A stretch of DNA of 64,000 nucleotides, taken from assembly GCF_009914755.1 (NCBI RefSeq), contig NC_060927.1; one strand, given 5' to 3'. Position numbers and translations under genes: made by a program. Shown piece after piece: positions 52,652 through 64,000 of the stretch. This DNA comes from the human T2T-CHM13v2.0 reference genome, Homo sapiens. Within the stretch, counting starts at the first letter, position 1. Each line of letters begins with the position of its first letter. The notes under the pieces were generated by a model. That model worked only from the letters and a program-made list of their open reading frames with translations, searched no databases and was not told the origin of the DNA.

Positions 52652-54240
52652 GTAAGGAAGCTGTGGGTGGTGGTCTTGTCCAGTGCCCACTCGGTAGATG
52701 GCATTAGTCCTCTACTAGTCAATCCAAGACTGTCTCTCTGCCCAGAAAAGGTGGGGCCATACCATGGAGAACTCAACACAGCAGATAATCTCAACATCAT
52801 CTAATTGCCTTTCAAGTGGCTTACACCTGGGTGTGAAACTGGGCACATTAGAAGGTCCAGAAATTCCTTTCAGGCAGAATTGCAAACCAATTCTCAGAAG
52901 ACTGAATCAAGAAAAGCCAGGTTCTCTCCATTAGACTCTCATTTTATTATTTCCCTGTGAACAATGTCAACTGGAAATAAATATGCCAGGACGCCAACCT
53001 CTGCAGATCGTGCTTCCTATAAACCTCTCCTGGGGCTGTGGCCTTAACCCTTTGTACATCACAGCTCTTATGATGTTGGAGCACATTGTGTATGGAGTTA
53101 GAATGCAAATGAAAATTGCTATTAGAAAACATAGGTGTTCTTATATATTTGAAAAGGAGAATTGTCAGGAATGACTGGATTCTCATCCTGGCTCTGGCAC
53201 CATGCTGGATGCAGGATGGTGAACATGTGGTCCAGGGTAAATAGATAAGAAAATGAGTAGATACGAGACCCTGTGGCATACACTGCAGTGAAGCTGTGTA
53301 GAAAGTGTGATGGAGGCTGCCACCTCAGCTTAGGATGGCTGGGAACTCTTCAGAGAGGAAGTGACATTTAGCTTCATCCTGGAGATCGAACACACACATC
53401 CTAAGTGGATTCACAGAGATGGAAAGTGGGTTCCCCTTGCCTTAAGAGCATTGACAATCTGGTTGGCAAATACAAAGTAGCTAAATGATTTACAAAAAAA
53501 ATCCCAGTGGTACCACATGTGTTTATGTATAAAACAGAGCTCTCCAGTGATACTATTTTTTTGTCTGTTTTCAACCAATATGTGAGAAAAAATATTTAGT
53601 TCCAAATAACTGACTTATGAACCAAATTTGAAATATAGTCTATTTGTGGTTATAGACTAAGTTAAGTTGGCACACTTTCAGACAACACTATCATTGTTCA
53701 AAACGCACCTGGCTTTGTTCTTTCTGTGTTGCTAAGCTAAGTCCCCCAGGAAAACAAGTCTTACTTTATTTCACAAGGCAGATTGACTGACTCTTGACCA
53801 TTTCCCCAAATCCAAAAGTAAGGACTCTTTATTAAGATTTTCAAGAAAGCGTTGCAAGTTTGAAAAGTAATTCCAAATAAGGTGCTTAATCACTGTCTAG
53901 GGTGGTGGAAACAGCCTTGTTAGAATTGGTGTTTTGCTGCCTCAGATGGGCATCAGGAGGGAAAGACTCGCTTAGATGCTAGATTCAAAAAAAGTTAGCA
54001 CCTTGAAGTAATAGTAACTATAGGAACACAGGATGAGGGAATAATCAAAGTAGGTTGGAATTTAAGGAATGCCATTTTGGACAAAGTTGTGTCCTAGGGT
54101 GGGTCTTGAAGAAAGTGACTGTGAACTTGGAAGAAGAGGAACTTGGACAGTGTAGTAGGGGAGCAAATTGTTGGGATGGAGGAATGGACAGTACCCTTAT
54201 TTCCCCTTTTGCATGAGTCTCAATTTCTAGTTATGTTATC

Positions 54241-54816
<576 letters not shown>

Positions 54817-56077
54817 TTATTACATTAAAAATTTTAAAATATTGCCTTTAATGGGACTTTTAAAAAGAATATTAACAATGCCTTCTTCCGGCACCCCTGG
54901 TTTTAAAATGCTTTGATTTGCATTATCAGAATTTATTATCGTAAGGTGTGTCCCCATTTTATAGATAAGGAAACTGAGATTTGGAGTCTTGTGACTTTGC
55001 ACAGATTTACACACAGCAGGCGTCCACATCTCTCGAATTCCATCAGCATTTGTTTTCTGATCTCATCCTGCTCCAGGCCCCCTCTGCCTGAGCGGTAGGT
55101 AGGAACTACAACCAGACACCAGGAAACCAGGACTCCTAATCCCTTTAGAAGGGTTTAATCATTTATCCCCCTTAAGCAAGGCTGTCAGCCTCCAGGTCAG
55201 GGGTTGCACACTCACATATGTGAGGCACCAGTCAGGTTGTACAAGTGAGTAAACTCAGCATGGTATTGAACCTTGCCACCCAGACACACTTTCTTAGCAT
55301 CTTAAACAACTTGAGAATATTCTTCACTTCACAAATAAATAAGCTGGAAATGTGCTGCCAGGATTGCTAAATTTTCTATTTGTTTTCTAAGGCAATCTAG
55401 AAATCTGGGCTTTGGTGTGAACTCTCCCAATTTTAAAATGCTTACAGCCATATTCTTAGAATTCGTTTGCTGCTGGCAGAAGCTACAGGTCAAACATGTC
55501 TGACTTCTGGTTGGGGTTTATGTTTACTGTTACAACTAAATACACCTTTGTAACTTCTCAAAGCATTTGTGAGTTGGATACATGGTGTTAACCAAATATC
55601 CAGAGCGGAGACTGGAAAAAGTTTCCGTCTGTTAACAACTAAAGGCTCTGACTAAACTTCCATATTTTCCACTGGCCAGCAGAATCTCTTACAGAACAGC
55701 CTGTGGGGGATTCAGATGCCAGCCCAACTGTCGTGTCCCAGCACAAATCAGGAGCATAGCAAGTGTCAGGCTGGGACTTTGTGCTGAGGCAGCTGACAGG
55801 CTCCTGCTGCCGAGTTGGACTGCCTAAACTCTTGCTACTCAAAGTGTGGTCCCTGGACCAGCAGCATCACTGGGAGATTATTAGGAATACAGAATGTTAG
55901 GCCCTACTCTAATTCTGATTTGTACTGACTGAATCAGAAATTCTGTAGAGGGCTTCAGAATCTCCATTATGACAAGATTTCCAGATAATTCTTAGGCATC
56001 TAAAATGTGGGAAACACTGGTTTAAAAATAGTTATAGATCCATAATCCCTGAGTCAAAACCTTTGGGTCAGATGTGA

Positions 56078-56385
<308 letters not shown>

Positions 56386-57162
56386 TAAGAGTTTGTTTTT
56401 TTTTTTTTTTTTTTTTTTTTTTTCAAATTTTGGAAAGGTAATAAGGTAATTTGGTGCATTTACAACAATATGTGACATGTACCCCTGAGTCTGGGGCTGT
56501 ACTGTAATGAGACAAATTAATGTTTCTGCAACAACACGTGGATTTTCCTGCTAAGAGGGATAATGAAGACCACATTGCTACCATGTCAGCTCAGGTCAGC
56601 TTTTACTACCAAATGACTTTTGAATTTAGTCTTGCTTTTCAGAGCATTTAGGGAATCTAAGATTGTAGAGAAGGGATTGGTAGACTTGGTTTTAGTCCCC
56701 TGGGAACTTGTCTGGGAGACCACTGCAGAAACCAGAGTTTTATAATCTTGCGTGTAGTGCCTTCATTGATAAGGCATGAACTTTGCATTGGAATCTTATC
56801 TTAACAATAGCTCATCCCCTTAATGTGTCTGGGGAGGTAGAAAGTGACCTATATCCATTTTTAATATGCAGCAGAAACCACAGCTGGTTCCTACTAGCAC
56901 CTCTGAGCTCCTGGGCTACAACTGTTATGATACCATTTATTCAGGGAGACTTGGATAGGTTTTCCAACAAATCTGATTTAAGCTAAAAGTTCAAAGCAAT
57001 AAAATTTGCCTTCTTCATAGCACCAAGCACTAGGGTCTACATGCATGTGTTTCCTGAGGATTCGTCCTCTGTAGCTCATCCCTGCTGACCTCACTGCAAG
57101 CCTTGTGAGCTCCAGAGAGCAGAGATATTTGTCTCCTTTTACCGGTTAAAGCAGCTACTATT

Positions 57163-57475
57163 TTCTTTTCTTTTTTTTTTTTTTTTTTTTGGAGATGGAG
57201 TCTTACTTTATTGCCCAGGCTGGAGTATAGTGGTGCAATCTCGACTCACTACACCCTCCGCCTCCCGGGTTCAAACAATTCTCCTGCTTCAGCCTCCTGA
57301 GTATCTGGGATTACAGGCGCTCACCACCACGCCCAGCTAATTTTTGTATTTTTTTAGTAGAGATGGGGTTTCACCGTGTTAGCCAGGCTGGTCTTGAACT
57401 CCTGACCTCAGGTAATCTGCCCGTCGTCGTCTCCCAAAGTGCTGGGATTACAGGCGAGAGCCACCGCACCTGGCC
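57163..57475 (-). mobile_element. AluS followed by a MIR remnant
   Basis: TSD gcag(c/t)tactattt. Confidence 0.9.
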
Positions 57476-58239
57476 GGCAGTTACTATTTCTTAAGTACAT
57501 ACTATGTGCTAGATGTCACACTGGGTCCTTTATATTTTACATCATTTCATTTAATCCTTACAGTAACTCTGCAAAGATAGAATGCATTATTTCCATTTTG
57601 CAGATGAAGAAACTGGGGCACTGAGAGGATGCTTGAGAGCCAGGAATGGGAGGCAGGTCTTCTAATACCAACCACAGTTGTGAACCTTGGAGTCTGTTTA
57701 GCTCCCAGTATACACAGATATTCCAGTTTCTCTTGCCCTTGGAAGTAGCCATTTCCACTGTGCCATCCTGAGCAGGAAGTGCCAGCCCAGATGTTGGGTC
57801 TTGGCAGTCTTTTCAGCATAGCAGTTCTAAAGAGTCCCATTTGTTATTGTAGATCTTCCAAAAGACCCTTCTTCTAATGATGGTGCCAGAACTGAGCACA
57901 TGACTTATTGGCAGGGGCTGAGAGTCAGAAAATGGGACCTTCCTGTTGCTCTGTCTCCAGCCAGCCTGCCTGAACCTACAGGCCTAAGTCCCTGCTGTCA
58001 CCTGGTGGGATCATGTTATAACCAGGATCCACTGAGTCTTCCTGTCTCCTCTTAACCAGTCAATCCAAATGCCTTAGCCTGACGGGCACAGTCAATTTCT
58101 AAATGACTGCCTCTGGCCTCTAGCTGATACAATCATTAAACAGGAATAAGAAAAGTAATATACTTTATAGTTTACACAACTCTTTAACAATATGGTCTCC
58201 TTTGAGATGGGTGAGACTTGTATAGTTTTTCCCATTTTG

Positions 58240-58715
58240 TAAATTGAGTACAATCAGTTTGATGGTAGGTTTAATCCCTATAAGAGAGGTCCAAAACAGC
58301 ATTGGTTTAAAACTTATTTCTCTCTCCTGTGATAGTCCAGAAGTAAGTCACCTGTTCTATAAGATCACCTGTGCCCCAGGTTCCTCCTTTCTTGTGACTC
58401 TGCCATCTTTAACAGTTGGCCTGTGGTCCAAGGTGGCAGCTTCAGCACCTGCCATCACATCTAGATTCCTAGTCAGGGGGAGAGAAGGTAAAAAGTGGGC
58501 AGTGGAGGGTACTTCTTCCCTTTAAGGCACAGTGTTGACATTGTATATGTTACATCTGCTCACATTCTGTTAGCCTAAACGTGGTCACCTGACCACATCT
58601 CCTTCCAAAGGAGGCTGGAAGGTGGAATCTTTAGGTGGCCATGTGCTCAGCTGGAAACTCCGTTACCATATAATAAGAGAGAAACATAGCAGGAGACAGC
58701 CAGCAGCTCTGCCAC
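58240..58715. mobile_element. Old MLT1-type LTR
   Basis: gccatcacatc...ctgctcacattctgttagcc...ggtcac...caaaggaggctgg. Confidence 0.6.
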
Positions 58716-59212
58716 AGACGAAGCAGCTGAAGAGGTTATTTCCCCAAAGCCACATAGCTGTGAGCGCTGCATTGGCCCATCTCCTGTATTCTGCAGCCCT
58801 TCTTCTAGTTGCTTATCATATCTTCCTTCTTTCTTTTTTGGTTGTGGATTCAAAATACAGCTTTTTAGATGAAACCTACATGGAGATTCCCAACAGACCT
58901 GATTCAGTGTGTCTGGGGTAGGGCCTGGGAACATGCTTTTCTGACAGATTTCCAGATAGTGCTGATACCACTCCTGCACTTTGAGTAGCACTGAGCTCCT
59001 TTACTAGCTGGTTGTAGACAAGGTGGGGAGGGAAAAGGGGATTCTTAGCCAGCATCAGCCTGTACCTTTTCCTCAGCCTTTACCCAGACCCAATCTCTTC
59101 TGTCAAGCATGAGTGTCTCTTCCACCAATGTGTGGTAATAGGGACTAGAGAGCCAGAAAGGCAAGCCGCAGGTGAAGCGGACATCCCTACCACCCTTAAG
59201 AAATGGACTCTG

Positions 59213-59640
59213 GGCCAGGTGCAGTGGCTCATGCCTTGTAATCCCAGCACTTTAGGAGTTCAAGGCAGGAGGATCACTTGAGCGCAGGAGTTCAAGACCA
59301 GCCTGGGCAACATAGCAAGACCTGTCTCTACTAAAAATAAAAATTAGGCCGGGTGCGGTGGCTCACGCCTGTAATCCCAGCACTTTGGAAGGCTGAGGCG
59401 GGTGGATCATGAAGTCAGGAGATCGAGACCATCTTGGCTAACCCAGTGAAACCCCATCTCTACTAAAAATACAAAAAATTAGCCAGGCGTGGTAGCATGC
59501 GCCTGTAGTCCCAGCTACTCAGGAGGCTGAGGCACGAGAATCGCTTGAACCTGAGAGGCAGAGGTTGCAGTGAGCCAAGATCACGCTACTGCAGTCAGCC
59601 TGGGTGACAGAGTAAGATTCTGTCTCAAAAGAAAAAAAAA
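59213..59640 (+). mobile_element. Alu left monomer followed by a full AluSc/Y-like copy
   Basis: Outer TSD aagaaatggactctg. Confidence 0.88.
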
Positions 59641-60541
59641 GACAGAAAAGAAATGGACTCTGATGGAAAAGATGTGTACAAGGCTGATTATACTAAGCAG
59701 AGGGATATTTAAATAAATGCTAAGAAGAGAGGCAGGTGAAGCTCCAGGGGAGCCATCCTTCCCAAATGTTCACTTAAATTTTCAGCGGTTTGGGTATGCC
59801 AGATGGTGAACCTAGGTAGCTATGTCTTTAAACTCTTGAGGACTCTTGAGGATATCAGATGCCTGAAAATCTTGCCTTCTTAGCTGTCTGAATAGATGTA
59901 ACACTAGGGACAGGAGCTGCTCATTATCCCCCACTATCCATTTTCTTCTGTAGTAATAGAAGTTTCAGTTGAGCCTTGGCCCCTCTGCCACTGGGTGGGC
60001 CCTGGGACTGAGTTCCAGCTGAGGGGATGTTCGCAGCAGTGATGTGTGAAGCACCATGGCCCTAAAGTGGGGCTGCTTTTTTTTCTTCTCCCCCTCCTCC
60101 CCTTCCTAGCAGCTGGGATTCTGCTGTGGTAGTGGGACACCTCCTGGGCCATGTGGAGAATGGTGAGACCCTGGAGATGGCCAAGTATTGTGGATGGAGC
60201 CTGTGTCCCTGTCACCCCGAGGCTGCCAGACCAGCTCTGGCTGCCTAAGCCTTAGATAGGAGTAAACTCTCTTTCCTAAGCCACCGTCTTGGGTCATGTC
60301 ACCACAGCCAAATTTACTAACTGTATATTATCTCAGGGCTTCTTTCCATTATCTTGAGATCTGAGATTTATCTTAATATGTCCACAAGTACTATGCATAG
60401 CTGGGTAAAAATAAGCCGGTATTTGAGAAAAAAAAAAAGAGAGAAAGAGAACATTTTTATACCAAGGAGGGATTGACTTTCAGAAAAGAGTAGACTTCTC
60501 TCTCCTCCCTTCCTCCAAAAAAAGAAGTTGGAAACCTTCTG

Positions 60542-60870
60542 TTTTTGTGTGTGTGTTTTTGGTTGTTCTTTGTTTGTTTTTGTTTTTGAGATGGAGTCTC
60601 ACTCTGTCACCCAGGCTGGAGTGCAGTGGCGTGATCTCGGCTCACTGCAACCTCCCTCTCCCAGGTTCAAGTGATTCTCAAGCCTCAGCCTCCTGAGTAG
60701 CTGGGATTACAGGGCCCATCGCCACATTTGCCTAATTTTTGTATTTTTAGTAGAGATGGGATTTCACCATGTTGGCCAGGCTGGTCTCGAACTCCTGACA
60801 TCTCAGGTGATCTACTCGCCTCGGCCTCCCAGAGTGTTGGGATTACAGGTGTGAGCCACTGCACCCAGCG
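60542..60870 (-). mobile_element. AluS
   Basis: Degenerate T-rich tail plus Alu body. Confidence 0.9.
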
Positions 60871-62995
60871 GAATTTTTAAATTACTATATTGTCCTTGTA
60901 GCTCTCTTTCACTGTGGCCCAGGGAACTGGCATTTCAGTTGGAGGAGCTATAAGATTTTTCAACTTGAATAGTCTCTGATCCAGGGCCTATTTCTCTATA
61001 GCAACAAGACCTCATGTTTCTATGAAACTCAGTAACATTCTAGAACCCTCTGAAGCTTCACATATCCCTCCTTCATTTCTGTAGCCCAGATTTCTTTTTT
61101 TAACCTTTATGACGATCCTGGTTTCTTTGCTCTTCTCTTTTCTTTCATCTCTCCACTTATTTTCACTACATTTCCTCCAACCCAGGCATTCCCCGGACAT
61201 GTTTACTTTTGGGAGTGTTAAACAAGACTAGGGAAGTCACAAAGTTAGGCATTGTGAGATAGTGCCTGAGAGAGGCTTGTAATAAACTGGCAGAGCCCCC
61301 AGTGTGGGGGGCGCACAGAGGGAGAATGCCCCTGCCTTCTACTCACGTCTCTACCAACCCTCTTCCCCTTCCCCATTTCTTTCCAAGGGAAATAGCAGTT
61401 TCTTGTTTCTTTAGAGTTCAGAAAAAATGGGCCATACTTACTGAGAGATGGGATCATTGCATGTTCACAGGTCGTAGACTCAGAGAGTCTTTCTTTCCCC
61501 ATCTCCTCTCTGGCCCCCTCGTCCACATGGGCTCGTGCACAAGGCCCAGGACGTCAGGGCAGTTCTGGCCAGGCTGAGCTTTCCCTGAATTCTCTTTCAT
61601 TCATTCTCATTCATTCTTTCCTTGTATAAAGAACTAGACATGCATGAGAGCCCTGAAACCCATCCTCAAAGATGTTCGTTGCAGTAGCATTTGTAATCCT
61701 TGAAAAATTAGCAACATTGAAATGCCCATCAATAGGGGAAAAGTTAAATTATGAAGTATTAGTGGCAAGACAAGACTAAATGGCTTGGCAAGTATTAAAT
61801 TTGCGTGACTCTATATTCTAAGAGGTGATATGGGGAAATAATACCAGTAAGAGCTTTTGTGTTAATGCACAGATGTGTTTCTAGACCAAAAAGTAAACAA
61901 AAGAACACAACCGACATTCCTAATGAGTCATTTAGTGAGACCAGGGCTTCTTAGGGGACAGTTTCGGCAGCCTGACCCTGGGTCTGACTGTGATGAAGCC
62001 CTTGTCTTAAAGGTTAAGTGCCCTGACCTGAAGACAGTGTGAGCACAGGTGGAGGTGGCGACAGGAACATACAACCTCTGCCACAAGGCCAGGGCCTGCA
62101 GTGGGAAAATTCTATGTAGCTTTTTTTTCTCTGAGAAGAAAGAGATTGCTTCCTCCCTTTCCCCTACCCCTTCCTCTGTCTCCAAGTTACTGAGGGAAAG
62201 ATGTTAGACCACAGAGGGCCCACTCCTGAGAGGCATCCCCCTTCCTCCCCAGTTGGTTTCTGCTCTGGTTTCACCTCACCCCTGCCTCTCCCCTGTGTTC
62301 AGGCAGGACCCAGCTTTGCATGGTTTCCTATGCATGGTTCAGAGCATGGTTTCTTAGAGTTTAGACATAACTGAAAACCAAATACCTACCGGGACTTACA
62401 TATCTTCTCTAAAAATAGGAACAAATAAGGTAAAGCCAAGGGTAACATTAGTTCCCAAAGGGCTGTAACCGCCTTTTTAAGAACTTGCAGCTAGGACAGA
62501 GGAGCTCATTTAAATATCCCTCCCTGTTTGGAATGGGGGGTTAGGGAATCAGCTGGGCCTGTTTTGGGGGACACTGTATTGCGCCTCTACGTCAGGGACA
62601 CATGCAAGGGCTACAGCTGCGGCTGAGGGCCAGGGGCTGAGGCTGAGCCCACCGAGTGGGCGCCACTGCTGCCTGCCATCCTCAGACAGCATCAGCTTGG
62701 CTGACATCTGGATGAGATGAGGCTCAGGAGCAAACCGAAGAAGCAAAATGACTGAAGGGGCGGCATGCAGTCTCAGTGTCTCGTGGGGGCAGGGGTTGGC
62801 ATCTGGTATGAGCTGCCGTAAAACCCTCTCCTCTCGCACTTAGAGCTGCCTTCCCACAGCCTTCTCCCCCACCCTCCCACAGGTGTCCACTTGGGCCCCT
62901 CCCCACACCAGAGGTACAGCCCTCATCACTTCTGAAGTCCAGAGGTATGCAGACCCTCCCCTCTCCCTAAACACTCTGCCCCTGTGTCCCCCCAG

Positions 62996-63112
62996 GGCCT
63001 GTGCTTTAACGGCAGTGCCTTCGTCTTGTACCTCTCTGCCGCTGTTGTAGATGCATCTTCCGTCTCCCCTGAGAGGGACAGTCACAACTTCAACAGCTGG
63101 GCGGCCTCATCG
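62996..63112 (+). CDS. CMTM8: CMTM8 internal coding exon (exon 3), 39 codons
   Basis: cctgtgtcccccccag|GGC acceptor and TCG|gtgagt donor. 117 nt, phase 0/0. Translates GLCFNGSAFVLYLSAAVVDASSVSPERDSHNFNSWAASS, in frame with the previous exon. Confidence 0.96.
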
Positions 63113-63580
63113 GTGAGTAGCCCTCCATCCCCACATGATCCTCCTCTTCCCTCTCCAAGGCTTGCTTGGGATTGGGGAAGACAGAGTCATCTGCAGGAAA
63201 AAGCAGCGCTTGCAGTAGTGACAAATTAGCAATTGGCTTATTGATTTGAAAATATCTAAAACTGGCAGGGGGCAGAGGGCCCTCCTGGCCCGAAGTGGGA
63301 AAAGGCTGGGAGACTGCTTGAGTGAATGCCGAATGACTGGAACAAGATAAGTATTCAAGGGAGAAAAGCTGTTTAAAGCATGCTAAGAATAATTCTACTG
63401 CCTATAATTTAGTAAGTGGGGGAAGGTTGCAGAAAATGAACAGAATATAATTCCATTTAGTTTTTTTTAAGTGAAAATATTTGTTTATGCATTGAGAATG
63501 CCTAGAAAAATATATACCAGTAGAGGTTCCTTCTAGAGACTGGGATCGGGAAATGAGGGGAGTGGGACAAGAAACTTCTA

Positions 63581-63885
<305 letters not shown>

Positions 63886-64000
63886 TTACTTTTTAATTTA
63901 TATACTTCTGTTTGCATTTTTAAACCATAAGTGTGTATTATTTTTCTAATTAAAAAAAACTGGTATTAAGAATCTCTCTGAGATTGGCCTTAAAATAGCC

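Noticed and set aside
52550-52804. 84-aa track ORF, and likewise 62984..63229, as standalone genes
   Set aside because: They are CMTM8 exons read through into intron sequence.

Overview
Primate, most likely human, genomic DNA inside the CMTM8 gene on the + strand. The window holds the 3' ~52 kb of the long intron before coding exon 2, exon 2 (52478-52651), the next intron, exon 3 (62996-63112) and the start of the following intron. Exon numbering and gene identity come from recall of the protein sequence. Much of the window is transposable-element debris: about 35 Alus, a 3.5 kb L1 remnant, nested MaLR/ERV1 LTRs, MER5/MER20/MER58, MIR and L2. Most ORFs in the supplied track are Alu or L1 artefacts. 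Two things stand out. First, non-repetitive islands on the minus strand (about 50.3 kb down to 17.9 kb, possibly to 4 kb) look like the decayed exons of an unidentified multi-exon gene nested antisense in the CMTM8 intron. They have splice-like ends, several phase-compatible junctions and a 7-aa motif repeated with only synonymous differences. This was read by eye and needs comparative genomics. Second, a ~495 bp inversion (about 8503-8997) splits one LTR and one Alu and is supported by the target-site duplications (TSDs) of both elements. Repeat family names are from recognition and their boundaries are approximate.
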